Shown here: one piece after another, positions 1-12,300 of the stretch | How the letters are laid out: every line of letters starts with the position of its first letter | Position numbering within the stretch: the stretch's first letter is position 1 | Assembly: GCA_965645245.1 (NCBI GenBank) | Contig: OZ287070.1 | Location: 2,914,001 to 2,978,000 of the forward strand | Reading direction: 5' to 3' | Length of the DNA: 64,000 bases | From: Massalongia carnosa | Taxonomy: Eukaryota | Position numbers and translations under genes: made by a program | The notes under the pieces: generated by a model | What the model was told of the DNA's origin: nothing | Seen by the model: only the letters and a program-made list of their open reading frames with translations | The model's database searches: none

Positions 1-944
1 TTTCCGCCTTCCAGAATGATTCGATGATCATAGGGGCGGTGAGGTGCCAGCGTGTCGGATGCAGCCTTTGAAAAGACATCCAGGAATTCATGGTAATCTG
101 GGGGAACTACGGTCTTCGGGTCAGTAGGGGGACGGTCTTCTTTATTCAGCTGGTACTCGATGTCTTTCAATGAGATGGAAAATAATTCAACGTCCTTTTG
201 TTTGGACAATAATCGGTACGCAGCGGCCCCTATCATCGCCATCTCTAGCGGCTTTTCCTCGGTAGTCGGTTTAACCTTGATTCCGGAGTCTGATAGTCCT
301 TCTGATAGTCCCTTGTTCGACGTCGTCTTGGTTGAAATTGCCGGTTCTGGCCTGGTTTTTCCAGGTTCGTTTTGATTCATTCTGGTCAGGATTTTCATGG
401 CTTTCTTCGGTTCAGCGGGTTCTTTTGTCGTCTTCGTTATCTTCTTTTCTGATGGTGGCTTCGATATACCCGAATGCGTGCAGTGTCCGGGCCAAAAGAC
501 TATCTGGTCGGTGGCCATGTCTATGATCACCCCGTGCTTCCTCATCAATGGTTTTCCGAGAATCATCTTGTGTTGTCCGAGTTTGGTGATCAACAGGGGG
601 GCGACCGTTTCCATATGGTCTTGCACGGTAAGAGTAGGATAGATGGCATGAGTAATGTCTTTACCTCTTTTACCATCGAACCCTTTCACCGGTTTCGGTC
701 GTGTTAGTCTCTGAGGGGAAATCTGAAGCTTTTCGCAAACTTCACGCGCAGTCGTTTCATCAATGAATGCGTGTCCTGTTGCACCCGTGTCCAACAGTCC
801 CATTACTTTTATTTCTTCGCTGTTACCTAGCCTACATTGTATGACTAGAGGTTCATCCGTAAACAAATCGCCTGGTAAACAGCTAGATGAAATCAACAAA
901 GGTTCACCTCCATCCGCGCCTTCGGTGGAGGTCATTCTTTTCCC
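1..944 (-). CDS. pol: Pol of element E, N-terminal part (aspartic protease and pre-RT region), partial
   Basis: Manual translation from the GGGAAAA site: ...GLLDTGATGHAFID...ILGKPLMRKHG...PPDYHEFLDVFSK...PHRPYDHRIIL; reaches the window edge. Confidence 0.85.
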
Positions 945-2176
945 GAATTGGCTTCCTCAGCGATCTCCTGTATTCTCGCTGGCCGATTCTTCTTCTTTTC
1001 GCAGTCCCTAGATAAATGTCCCGTTTCCTTGCAAAAGAAACAACGACCTTCCCTTGTCAGTCGCTCCTTTTCCTCGTCTGACATGTAGTAAGTGGTCCTT
1101 GGTGTAGATGGGTTGGAGGTCGGGCGGGGCGGCACGTAGGTCTTGGTGGTGGCCGTCGTGGTTGTCCTTGTAGCGGAGGTGCTCGGGGTGCTCTGAGCCA
1201 TGCTAGCACGTTTCTCGGCGAACCGTTCCATGCTGGCCTTACTTCGGTCCGACTCCTTGAGGCTCTGGTAAAGGCGTTGACACTTCTGCGCGAATTCGTA
1301 TAGGTCGGTCGGTTCCAGGTCGCCGGTAGCCTATTGTCTGCTCATTTCCCAAGAGAGCTTATACTTCAATTCACCGATTAGCGTTTCCTCGTTATGGTCC
1401 AACTCAGCTGCTAGACGTTGGAACTCGGCCCAAAAGGTGTTGAAGTCCTTGCTTCCTTGTTTGAGCGATCGGAAATTGTTCATGGCGGTCCGCTTGCGGT
1501 TAGGGGCGCCGTATATGCGTTCTAATTGGTCGAACATTTCCTCGGCCGTCGTAAAGGGTCTGATGGCACCTTTCCGAAGTCGAGGTTCAAGGTGACCCAT
1601 AGCTTCGCCACCGACCCGGTTCTCCACGTATGCCTTCTTTAGGACTTCTGTCGGCATGTGGTCATCATTGGCCGCTAGTTTGCTCCGCATCTTCGTTAGC
1701 CAATGGTCAATGGAAATCTCTTTTCCATCGGTAAAGATGGGTGGGTCAGGGAGTTTCATGGACTTCTTCTTGTCCGTTCCATCGGTCACCTGGGTGCTGG
1801 GTGTGTGAGAAGGAGAGCGAGGGCGTGGTGGTTCTCGGGTTGGTTCCTTGGTGGCCTGACGCAGTGCCTCCCTGAGTTCCTCCTTCTGGTACTCCACAAT
1901 TCCCTCTAGCTGGTTTATCCTATCTCGAAAACATTCCATCTTTCCGACCGCGTTACCATGGCGGATGAGATTGTCGAGGTAGGTGGCCTTCAGATCCTGG
2001 AACATGTCGGATACCGCTTGTGGGTCATGCTCCATCCATGCCTTCAATTGTCGCACGTTCTCCACCATCATAGGTTCAGCTACTTCTAGTTCGTCGTCAG
2101 TTTCTCGGGTTTCTGGAATGATGGACTCCCGTCTAGTTGGGAGGTCATCTTCGATTATCATGGGTCGCGCCATCAC
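932..2176 (-). pseudogene. gag: Gag of element E with one in-frame TAG at 1331..1333
   Basis: ORFs 1331..2176 and 932..1231 are in the same frame; KLPDPPIFTDG capsid-like motif; knuckle CFFCKETGHLSRDC. Confidence 0.85.
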
Positions 2177-2402
2177 TGTAGGGGAGGCTTCCTTCGGTTC
2201 TTCTAGGTTCGTTTTCTGGGTTTGGTTCGGTGCGGTTCGGTTCGGTTCGGTGCCAACGCAGTGGCGGTCTCTGGTTCTTCTGGTTTCGTTTCGGTTCGTC
2301 GTTTTGGTTCAGGTTCGGTTTCTTTTCAGTGTCTTCGTGGTTCAGGTGAGTTCTTTTATATCCCTCACGAAGGATAGCGAAGGTAAATGATCTTGATTGT
2401 AA

Positions 2403-2683
2403 TGTTATGATCTACCTAGAGACTAGTCATAGGGACACTAGAAACGAATACAATCAAGATGAAGAAGAAAAGATCAATTGAAAGACAAATCTCGCTCCTA
2501 TATAGTCCAGCGGCCCCTAGCCCTCGACCGACTCGTGGAAGGATCTAGAAGGTTCGAGCATTGACCAGCTATGGAAACCGTGAATGCCGCGATGAGTCTA
2601 GCGCGCACACGCGATCCCGTGACTTCGGCTTGTGGCTTGTTCCGCTCCGGTCTACCGAAGTAGTGCCGAGTAGAACCGTGACA
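2403..2683 (-). repeat. 5' LTR of element E (~281 bp)
   Basis: Begins TGTCACGG and ends ATAACA on the minus strand, directly upstream of gag; self-priming complement immediately inside it; partner LTR is outside the window. Confidence 0.75.
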
Positions 2684-3219
2684 TCGCCCGTAGCCCTTCT
2701 TCTCACTCGGTTTCTTCTGGTTTTACCCCAGGACCCCAACGTGTCTTATAAGCATTCATTCGTCTTCATTAATAACGAGTCAGTTTAAAACGAGCTCATT
2801 TCATACAATAATACATACTTCTTCTCTGCAGGCTTCTTGTGTTTCGCTTGTTCGAGCTCTATTTTTTTTTCTGTCTTCGATAACCGCAGCATTATGTTTA
2901 GAAGATATGAGTTTGTTATGTGATTATGTAAGGTAGCTGTCGTCGATTCTTTTCAACCGCTATTAAACTAAAATTTATCTACAAAGAAAGAAAAGAATTA
3001 TTGTGCGCGACTCGCTAGAAATATCTGCGTCGAGTGTCGCGCTAGCCTCGCGCGATCCCGTGATCCCTCTTTCTATCTCGGCTGGCGCTAAGCCTAACCG
3101 GTTACCTCGAACACCTCTAAGGTCAACCTTCTATCTCTATGTCAGGCTAGGACCCTGACACTATCCCCCCCTTCTATGGGCGAGGTCTCCGAAGCGCTAA
3201 GTGGCAGGCGCCCTGTCAG

Positions 3220-6200
3220 CTAGCCTGTTTCTGTCAGGTCTTCTGGTGGTTTCGGCTTATGTGGGTGTTCGCGATGATATTGAAGGATTTTATCCTTGGA
3301 GTTCTTGAAGTCGGTCCATGATTGCCAGTAAGGGTTCGCATTCCATTCGTCCCAGTTGCCGACGAAAGTTGCTTTGTACTGCACTCCGAATTTCCTTGTT
3401 TCGCGGCAGTCTACTATTTCAAGGACTTCCCACTCTTCGTGAGCCTCCTCTTCGTCGTTCTCGACAATGGCTATGGGCGGTCCGGGCGGTAAGACTTGAC
3501 CTGGGAATGGATTGGAAGGTGCTAGATGTAGCTTCCATGGATGAAAGATGGAAGTAAGATCAACGTTCTTTAACTGATCCGGGATCTCTAGTTCGTAGGC
3601 TTTATTGTCGATAATTCTTATTATCTTCCACGGGCCTGCGTTCTTGAAACTTAACGATCTGCTGGGTCTTTCGAAAGCGAAATGTTTGGCGTTAACATAA
3701 ACCATGTCCCCGACCTTGTATTCGGGATGAGGTTGGCGGCCTTTGTTTGCATGCCTTGTTTGTTCTTCCTGAGCCCAGGCTAATTGATCTCGAAGCCAGG
3801 TTCGCATGGCTTCCTGTCGTTCTATGATCTTGTCAGCGTGCAGTATCTCCGCTCTTCCTTTTCCTTCATATGTGCCTGGTGGTTCGATGCCACAGCGCGG
3901 ATGAAAGCCATGATCTGCGAAGAATGGGGTCATTCCCGTAGATACATTTACATGATTGTTGGCGGCAAACTCTGCGTCCGAGAGATAATCCACCCAGTTG
4001 TCTTGTGTGTAACTGACGTACGCTCGGAGGTAGTTCTTCATCACCTTGTTGGCGTTCTCGGTTTGACCGTCTGTTTCGGGGTGATGTGCGGAAGAGAATT
4101 TTATTCTCACCCCGTATCTTTCGCAAACTCTTTTCCATAAGTGAGCGGTTAGTTGACTACCGCGATCGTTGACTGTTGATATAGGGAATCCGTAAGAGGA
4201 GAATAATCTTCTGGACATCGCGTCCATCAGTTCGTCAGTAGAGAGAGATGTTAGTGGTTCGTATAATCGTCTTTTCGTTAAACGATCTACTATCACCAAT
4301 ATGTGCTGATAGACTCTGTTCCGTCTTCGGCATTCTGGAAGAAATTCAACGAAGTCCAATGATACGTCCATCCATTTTCTATTCGGGATGGGGAGAGGAT
4401 TCAACAGTCCCTGCTTCTTGTCGTTGTATGCTTTTGATCTACGACATACTGAGCAGTTCACGGCGTATCTCTTGCAGTGCTCCTTCATGTCGAACCAGAA
4501 GTAATTTTCTCTCATTATTTGATACATACTTTTGTATCCCGGATGGCCCTGTAATGGTGGTTCGTGATGCTTTTGCAGTAAATGCAATTGCAATGACTCG
4601 TGATCTGGTACGTATAATCTTCCTTTGACATACAGCTTGTCGTTTTCTAATTTGAGGTCCCCCATGGCTAGCTTTATCCCTCTTTTTATGAGGTTCAGTG
4701 GGAGTTTTCTCAGTTCCTTCTTCTTTGCTGCTATTATGTCTTGAACCGTTTCGTCCTTTTCGTAAGCCTCTTCTATTAGTTCTTCCAAGGTCTTCGTTAT
4801 CGAGCTCTCGGTCACGTCGGTCACTGGTGTATGTTCTGCGTTAGGTTCCTCTGATTCTGTTGCGTCTTCCTCAGTGGCTACGCTTCGATCATCTTGATCG
4901 TTATCGTTATCGTCGTCTATCGTGTTTGCGCAGAACACGACCGCTAACGCTTTTCGTATATCGTCATCTAGTTGATGCTCCTGCAACAACGTTTGAAATT
5001 GATGTTGCTCTCTGATATCTTCGAATCCCTTCGGGAGATCTTGAGAGCGTCGGGTCAGCGTGTCCGGTTTTTCTCCTTGCTTCCCCGGTCGATACATTAT
5101 CTTGAAATTAAACTCGGAAAGAAATTCAGCCCATCTGGCTTGTCTTCTGTTTAGCTGCTTTGTCGTCATAAAATGCTCCAAATTCTTGTGATCGGTGTAT
5201 ACTTTAACGGGTTTGTCAGGAGCAGCACTTGCAACTTCGGGACGCCAGACTTCGAAGCTCTTTACAATTGCGAGGAGCTCCTTATCGTAAATCATATAGT
5301 TACACTCGGCAGGGGTCATCTTTTTGGAGAAATAAGCCACTGGTTTCAGTACTCCGTCGTGCATTTGAGAGAGTACTCCGGCGCTAACGAAATCTGAAGA
5401 GTCAGTCTCGACCCACGTTTCCAGGGCCGGGTCGTAATGTGCTAAAACGGGAGCGGTGGTGAATGCATTCTTTAAATCTTCGAAGGCTTTCTGACAATCT
5501 TCGGACCAAACGAACGAGTTATACTTGGTTCGTTTCTTTCCTGATTTAGTTGTTATTTGTTCACCCTTCGTTAACTCTGTTAATGGTCTCGTTCGTTGCG
5601 AAAACCTCGATATAAATCGTCGATAAAAATTCGCAAAGCCTAAGAATGCTTGCACGTCTTTGACGGATCCTGGGGTCTCCCATTTTAGAATCGCCTCGAT
5701 TTTCTCCGGGTCCATTTTTATCCCCTCGGTGGTGACTATCAGTCCAAGATACTTTACCTTCGTTACGGAGAATTCGCATTTGTCTATATCCACTTGCAGT
5801 CCTTTCTCTTTCAATCGAGTTAGGACTATTAACACTTGTTCGGAATGCTCTTCTTCGTTTTCGCTGTAAATCAAGACATCGTCTAAATACGCCGTGCAGA
5901 AAACGTCTAAATATTCTCTGACTGTGTCGTTGATGAAGCTTTGAAAAGTCCCTGGAGCGTTGCAGAGACCGAATGGCATCACCAGATATTCGAACTGACC
6001 ATATCTGGTATTGAAAGCTGTGAGCCACTCATGGCCTTCTTTCATTCTCATACGATTGAACGCGCTAATCACATCCAGTTTCGTGAACTTCTTGGCTTGC
6101 GACAGTTTTCCCAATGTCTCATTTATCAACGGTATTGGATACCTGTTCTTGATGGTGATGGAGTTCAAGGCTCTATAATCTACGCAGAATCTTAGGCCAC

Positions 6201-7152
6201 CCCCTGGTTTCCTAACTAGAAGAACGGGGGCTGCTGCGCTTGAAGAGCTAGGACGGATGAAACCTTTTTCCAGATGTTCATCGATGTATTTTTTAACTGC
6301 TTCCAGTTCTTGTTCTGACATGGGCTTGTAGTTCCTCACGTACGGAGCCTCTTTTCCTGCTTCGAGGATTATCTGGTGATCCTCCTTTCGATGTTCGGGC
6401 AGTTCGTCTGCCTTGTGCTTCATGAAGACATCTATTACGCTGTGATAAGCTGCTGGGACTCTCTTCAACAACTCCTCTCGGGTGTATTCCGGTTTTCCCT
6501 TCATGAACTTGTCGTAATCTCCCGATGTCACTGCTCCGGTGATAGTTGCGCATAAGGCCTTCTTTGTTTCTCGAGGAACCCATAGGTAACCCTCGTGATC
6601 CTTCTTTCTGACCATTCGAAAGAAGTGTTTTGCGTTGACTGGGAGAACTTCGATATCTTCTTTAGGCTCGGTCCTATTCTTAACCCTGCCTCCCACAGCG
6701 AATTCGGTGCAACTTATCCCTCGTGTAAGACATCCCTTTTCGAGGCAATCAGATGAGTTGAACTTCATCGTTCTCTCTTTCCAATTGATCATTGGGTTGT
6801 GCGTTTGCAGCCATCCATCCCCTAGAATGACTGCGTACGCTTCTAGTTTTGCTAAATAACATAAGACTTGCTCTTCGTGATCTCCAATTTTCACGTCGAT
6901 CAAGGCGGCCTTCGAGAGGAGCTGTACTACCTCTCCATTTCCCAAAGTAAGTTTCACCTTCTTATCCAGTTTGAAGGTGTTCAATTTGTGTTTACGCACA
7001 AAGGATTCGTCAATGAGTTCAGCTTCACTTCCATTATCGATCAGTAAACGGGTTTTAATTCCAGCTATGCTAGTTTTAAAAACTAAATGCTTGCCCTCGA
7101 TTTTCTTTTCAGTATCGCGGACAGCACAAGTAGAGACCCTAATCATCTTCAT
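3220..7152 (-). CDS. pol: Pol polyprotein (PR-RT-RNase H-IN-chromodomain); true start via -1 frameshift from gag
   Basis: LIDNGSE, YLDD, ETDSSD/DKELLAI, HHCC zinc finger, DGQTE, C-terminal EEWEVLEIVDCR chromodomain. Confidence 0.97.
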   Translation of the reverse strand: MKMIRVSTCAVRDTEKKIEGKHLVFKTSIAGIKTRLLIDNGSEAELIDESFVRKHKLNTFKLDKKVKLTLGNGEVVQLLSKAALIDVKIGDHEEQVLCYLAKLEAYAVILGDGWLQTHNPMINWKERTMKFNSSDCLEKGCLTRGISCTEFAVGGRVKNRTEPKEDIEVLPVNAKHFFRMVRKKDHEGYLWVPRETKKALCATITGAVTSGDYDKFMKGKPEYTREELLKRVPAAYHSVIDVFMKHKADELPEHRKEDHQIILEAGKEAPYVRNYKPMSEQELEAVKKYIDEHLEKGFIRPSSSSAAAPVLLVRKPGGGLRFCVDYRALNSITIKNRYPIPLINETLGKLSQAKKFTKLDVISAFNRMRMKEGHEWLTAFNTRYGQFEYLVMPFGLCNAPGTFQSFINDTVREYLDVFCTAYLDDVLIYSENEEEHSEQVLIVLTRLKEKGLQVDIDKCEFSVTKVKYLGLIVTTEGIKMDPEKIEAILKWETPGSVKDVQAFLGFANFYRRFISRFSQRTRPLTELTKGEQITTKSGKKRTKYNSFVWSEDCQKAFEDLKNAFTTAPVLAHYDPALETWVETDSSDFVSAGVLSQMHDGVLKPVAYFSKKMTPAECNYMIYDKELLAIVKSFEVWRPEVASAAPDKPVKVYTDHKNLEHFMTTKQLNRRQARWAEFLSEFNFKIMYRPGKQGEKPDTLTRRSQDLPKGFEDIREQHQFQTLLQEHQLDDDIRKALAVVFCANTIDDDNDNDQDDRSVATEEDATESEEPNAEHTPVTDVTESSITKTLEELIEEAYEKDETVQDIIAAKKKELRKLPLNLIKRGIKLAMGDLKLENDKLYVKGRLYVPDHESLQLHLLQKHHEPPLQGHPGYKSMYQIMRENYFWFDMKEHCKRYAVNCSVCRRSKAYNDKKQGLLNPLPIPNRKWMDVSLDFVEFLPECRRRNRVYQHILVIVDRLTKRRLYEPLTSLSTDELMDAMSRRLFSSYGFPISTVNDRGSQLTAHLWKRVCERYGVRIKFSSAHHPETDGQTENANKVMKNYLRAYVSYTQDNWVDYLSDAEFAANNHVNVSTGMTPFFADHGFHPRCGIEPPGTYEGKGRAEILHADKIIERQEAMRTWLRDQLAWAQEEQTRHANKGRQPHPEYKVGDMVYVNAKHFAFERPSRSLSFKNAGPWKIIRIIDNKAYELEIPDQLKNVDLTSIFHPWKLHLAPSNPFPGQVLPPGPPIAIVENDEEEAHEEWEVLEIVDCRETRKFGVQYKATFVGNWDEWNANPYWQSWTDFKNSKDKILQYHREHPHKPKPPEDLTETG

Positions 7153-7220
7153 TTCAGTGTCACTATTCTCACTAACAACCTCCTTATTTGTACGCCCTTG
7201 ATCGCGATTTTGATCAAGGA

Positions 7221-8867
7221 CTAGACTTTTCCCGCATCAGATTCCGTTCCTGAATCTGTTTCTACAGTTCCCATGGTGCTCAGATTCTTGTCCTTGTATT
7301 GAGGACAGATGGTATCGTGTCCTCGATGTCCCGATCCCCTACATGCCCAGCATCGGCGTTGGCGGGAGAGGGACTCACGATCGTCATCCTTCAGCTTCTT
7401 TGGGTTCGGGTCTGGATCGTACCACGTGCCTACCCAACCGGCCGGCTTGACTATTGTTGGCGTCAGCTTCGCGTTTGGCCGATCGTCCGATTTTCTGGAG
7501 TTGATCTGGTTGGTGGAGGCTGAGACGGACTTTCCACCGGAGGATTGGTTTGAGGACTGTCCACCGGAGAAGTTGCTTCGTTGGCCGGAGTTCTTCGTTG
7601 CAGCTGGTTTATCGGGGCGGGGAAAGTGATGTGCCACATCTTTGCGGCGGTCTTCGATTCTTCGTGCTTCGTCAAGTAGAGGGCGGAAATCGGTAAAGAC
7701 GGAACCCATAAGAGAGCTGGAGATGCTAGGCTTTAACGTCACGAGGAACTTTTCAATTCGCTCGTCAACGGGAGTTTTGGCTTTCTGCCATAGCTTGAAG
7801 ATTCGGTGGTAATACTCGCTGACGCTTTCGCCCCCTTTCATGGTGACGGTGAGGAGTTCTTTCTTGGCGTCGCGGCTCTGGAGGTGGATGCCCATGTAGT
7901 GTTCTATCTCTTCGAACAAAGCATCGGCCGATAGTGAGTCTCCCATATCCGGTACCCAAGAATGCATAGCCCCGAAGATCGGCGCTTCCATTTGAGACAG
8001 CGCGTAACCGACCTTTTCACTCTCGTCGGCGTAGAGGGGTGCGTCTGTCTTCAGTTTGTTGCGGACGGAGTACGCCCAAGGGCTATACTCCTCCGAGTCT
8101 TCACCTTTTAGTGGCTTGCTAGGGTTTATACCACGAGGTCGCCAATTCTGAGGATTGTAGTTAGTGCTTGAGGTAGCAACGGTGTCTTCCCGTTGCTGAC
8201 GTGGTGTTTCCTGTGTTTCCGCAAACTGGCGGATCAAGGAGTCTCTGTCTTTCTGTAATCTCTCTTTTGCTAGAGTCGTTGTCTCCAATTCGATATCTCT
8301 ATGCGAGAGTTCTTCTTGCGCGAGAAGGGCCTCTCGTTCGGCATCATCCTTTTCTGCGATGAGACGTTCATTTACTTGCTTGTAACGTCTGTTGATCTTT
8401 TTTGCTTCGGCAAGCTTCTCCTGATCGTTCTGCATAGAGATGTATTTTTCGAATAGGGTCTTATCGTATTCGAGCGCTCTCGCGAGAAAATCGTACCATC
8501 GGGGTCCTTCTTTCTCATCTCGCAAGATGCTCTGCAATTCTTTCAAGTTGTGTGCCACGACGAGAGACGGATGCTCCGCTGCATCCTGTTCGTAGTATGG
8601 GTGGTTGGAGACGTCTATTGTTTGGAAAATTTCCTTTTCTTTTCCGCGCCCTGCTCTTGAGGTGTTTTCCCACGTCCCCTCCGTGGTTTCTCTCATTTGC
8701 TCGTTCTGCAGTAGCTCGGAGTCTTCGAACGTTCCTGGCATACTGCTATCCGAACGACACGAATGGCGGGAGGCGGAACGAGCGCGGGTGTTAAATGCTG
8801 GACCAGTCTGAGCCTCCGTGGGAGGGGCTCCGACTTTTCTTGCTGTCATGGGCGTTTTTGAGCTCAT
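7221..8867 (-). CDS. gag: Gag of element A copy 1
   Basis: 548 aa ORF upstream of pol with coiled-coil, capsid-like region and knuckle CWACRGSGHRGHDTIC. Confidence 0.93.
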   Translation of the reverse strand: MSSKTPMTARKVGAPPTEAQTGPAFNTRARSASRHSCRSDSSMPGTFEDSELLQNEQMRETTEGTWENTSRAGRGKEKEIFQTIDVSNHPYYEQDAAEHPSLVVAHNLKELQSILRDEKEGPRWYDFLARALEYDKTLFEKYISMQNDQEKLAEAKKINRRYKQVNERLIAEKDDAEREALLAQEELSHRDIELETTTLAKERLQKDRDSLIRQFAETQETPRQQREDTVATSSTNYNPQNWRPRGINPSKPLKGEDSEEYSPWAYSVRNKLKTDAPLYADESEKVGYALSQMEAPIFGAMHSWVPDMGDSLSADALFEEIEHYMGIHLQSRDAKKELLTVTMKGGESVSEYYHRIFKLWQKAKTPVDERIEKFLVTLKPSISSSLMGSVFTDFRPLLDEARRIEDRRKDVAHHFPRPDKPAATKNSGQRSNFSGGQSSNQSSGGKSVSASTNQINSRKSDDRPNAKLTPTIVKPAGWVGTWYDPDPNPKKLKDDDRESLSRQRRCWACRGSGHRGHDTICPQYKDKNLSTMGTVETDSGTESDAGKV

Positions 8868-9316
8868 GACTGGATACTGGAAGTGGGAAAGCTTGATTCC
8901 CTGGCTCTGAAAATTCTGGAAGTTCTGGAATTTGGATCGGTTTGGATTCGCACAAACGATCAGTCTGGAAGGTTACTGGAACGGGTCTTCACCCTAACTG
9001 GAAGGAAGTTGCTGGAACGGGACCTCGTCCCTACTGGAAGTTCTGGAAGAAAGAATACTGATAGGTAGGTAGATAAATTGTGTAAGGTAGCTGTCGTCGA
9101 TTCTTTTCAACCGCTATTAAACTAAAATTTATCTACAAAGAAAGAAAAGAATTATTGTGCGCGACTCGCTAGAAATATCTGCGTCGAGTGTCGCGCTAGC
9201 CTCGCGCGATCCCGTGATCCCTCTTTCTATCTCGGCTGGCGCTAAGCCTAACCGGTTACCTCGAACACCTCTAAGGTCAACCTTCTATCTCTATGTCAGG
9301 CTAGGACCCTGACAAT

Positions 9317-12300
9317 ATGTTCACTGATACCCTTATAGTTAAGGAGACAGGGCAACAAATATGTGAAATAAAGGAGCACTATGGGCTCTCAATCATAGAA
9401 TATAACCCTGAATCCATAGATATAGGGTTTGCTAACTCAGTGCAGCCACGCGATACGTCAAAAGCAACTCCATGGAAATGGCATCTTCGGCTCGGTCATT
9501 GCCGGCCAGAGGTGATTGACCAGCTAAAGAAGATCGATGAAGTGACAGTTTCAAAAGGCGTAGGGGGTGAAAACGCACCTAGGACCATTCAATGCGAAAC
9601 GTGTGCAGTCTCCAAAATGCATAGAGTCATCAATAAAGCTCCGTCAGGGCGTGCCATCAAGCCATATCAGGTGCTTCATTTTGACCTAACCATCAATGAT
9701 AAGGGGTTCGATGGAACGAGCTGTATAGCTCATTTTACGGACGAATTTACCTCATATGTATGGGTTTATCCATTGAATGATCATAAGGAAAAGACCCTAT
9801 TGCCCATCTTCAAAAGCTTGATCAATCAATGCGATAGAGCTGGCATTTCCATTAATTCAATGGTAACCACGATTCGCACGGGGCAAGAAACATCAATAGG
9901 AAAAGCCCTAGAAGCATGGATCAGTCAGCAAGGCATAGAATGGTCATGGTCAGCAAAGAATACCCCTGAGCAAAATGGCGTTTCGGAGCGTTTCGGAGCC
10001 CTATTAACTGAAAAAGCTCGATGCATCAGGGAATATGCAAAAATGCCAGAAGACCTGTATCCGGAGTGCTATTTAGCTGCAGCCCATCTGATGAATCGAA
10101 CCCCTAATAAAGCTCTGGAATGGGACTCCCCATTGGTCAAATTGCAGAAACTGACCAATCCGGGTCAATCAGTCAGATACGAGCTGGCTCATCTAAAAGT
10201 GTTTGGTTGCAAGGCGTATCCATTGCTAAAAGGGGCCGATGCTCCTCCCAAAAGCAATAAGTTGAAACCTAGGGCATTTGTTGGCTATTTGGTTGGCTAT
10301 GATTCAACCAATATCTTCAGGATATGGAATCCAGAAAAGGGAGATGTCAGCGGTTATAGAGACGTCATATTCAACGAAGATGAGCTTTATAGCGCCTATA
10401 CGTCGAATAAGGAGCTATTGCTAAAGGAGACTGAAAAAGCGAGCTTTATAGAGTTTCATTTAGTTGAACCACGCCCCGCATTTCAGGAGATAGATAGTGA
10501 GGAAGAAGAATGGCTAGACTTATCAGTCAATAAGCGTATAGAGCAATTGACCATAGAAGATAACTCACCTAGTCAGGACGAAATACAGGAGAAAATAACT
10601 CCCTCATCAACGCCCATGCAACTGGAAACGCCAATAGAAACACCTGAACCAGATATCAGCCCTAATGTCTCCATAGATAAAAGAAGGGCCAAAAAGGTGA
10701 GGGCATCAACAATTGACCCTCCACAACTCCCGCAAACGGGCCGAACGCCCCTCAATGTGACGGAAATAGAGCAATCATCAGGAAAAAGGAGCGATAGGAT
10801 AAATGAGGCAAACGTTATAGAGGGAAAACGTACTAGGAAACCAAACCCTAGATACGCTGCAAATGGAGCTTGGTCAGCAGAAGAAATGTCGAAATTCCCT
10901 CAATTTCATACAGCGTTTATGGCGGGGACGGCGAGAATGACTAATCAGCTCCGAACTGATGATTTGCCCGACCCCCCATCTCATTGGCGAGCTCTGCTAA
11001 GGCATCCCTATGCAGATGAGTTCATGAAAGCAGCTAACGTTGAATGGGAGGCACTTTTCCACAAAGAAACATGGGAAATAGTTGATCAAGATGAGGCTAT
11101 ACAGCCAATATTGCCCCTCAAATGGGTTTTCACCTATAAGACTGATTCGGATGGCTATTTGGCAAAGTTCAAAGCACGTCTAGTGGTTAGAGGTGACCTA
11201 CAGCAAGATAATGCTCAAGATGTTTATGCAGCTACATTAGCCTTCAAGGTGTTTAGGGCATTAATGGCATTAGTTGCTGCATTCGGGCTGAAAACGAGGC
11301 AGTTGGACGCTATTAACGCCTTTCTAAACGCTCACAATGACGAGCCTATTTACTGCTTTTTGCCTGATGGTTTTAAGCTTAGAAAGAAGGTGCTAAAAGT
11401 GAAAAAAGCGCTATATGGTCAAAGAAAATCACCCCTTCTATGGCTACGAATGCTAATAGGCAAATGCATAGAACTAGGTTTAAAACAAGTGCCAGGCGAA
11501 CCATGCCTATTCTATACGGAGGGAATCATACTATTCTTCTATGTGGACGACATAGTAATGGCGTATCGGCCCGAAAAAGAAGCCGAAGTCGAGGAATATG
11601 TGCAACGTTTCATGAAGATGATCGAAATACGGGATATGGGTCCATTAACCTATTTTCTAGGCGTACGGGTCATTTATAACATAGAAGAAAAGACGATCCA
11701 CTTGATTCAGGACTCCTATATGAACAAATTAGCCAAGGAGTATGACATAGATGAAAAGTCGGAGGCTAAAACACCTCTAACGCCCATATTCAATGAAGAA
11801 CTGGCGCCATATAAGGGGGAGGTGGATCCGGCCAGAATGCATCTATATAGGAAGAAAGTTGGATCAATATGCTACCCAGCTATTATGACTCGGCCAGATA
11901 TAGCAAAATCAGCTTCAAAATTAGCTGAATATCTGACCAACCCGGGACCTAGTCATATGAGGGCTGCAGACCATTGCCTACGTTATCTATATGGGACGAA
12001 ATATCTGGGAATCCAGTACTCGGCCAAAGGGGGCGGTGAAATCACTACTATGGCAAATCATGGACCGGTTCCGGCTAATAAGCAGGTTTTTGAGGCAACG
12101 GCTGATGCATCCTATGCAAATAACCCAGATAGGAAAAGCTCCGAGGGCTATACATTCAAGCTATTTGGTGGGATGATTGACTGGGCCGCTAGGAAGCAAC
12201 TGACCGTGACCACGTCAACCACTGAGGCCGAGTTATTGTCTATGCTTCATGCGGGTAAAGAGCTCATATGGTGGATACATCTATTTGAAAAGCTACAATT

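Larger units (their letters stand above)
1..2683 (-). mobile_element. Ty3/Gypsy LTR retrotransposon E, 5' part (runs off the left edge)
   Basis: LTR 2403..2683 (TG..CA ends), gag with CX2CX4HX4C knuckle, pol with protease motif LLDTGATG in the -1 frame. Confidence 0.9.
2927..9314 (-). mobile_element. Ty3/Gypsy chromovirus A, copy 1 (full length, 6388 bp)
   Basis: 234-bp LTRs at 2927..3160 and 9081..9314, PPT AGAAGGGGGGG, intact gag and pol; flanks GATTA / ATATG do not match each other. Confidence 0.97.

Noticed and set aside
3318..8811. Numerous short overlapping or antisense ORFs inside gag/pol (mirrored in copy 2)
   Set aside because: Alternate-frame by-products with no recognisable motifs
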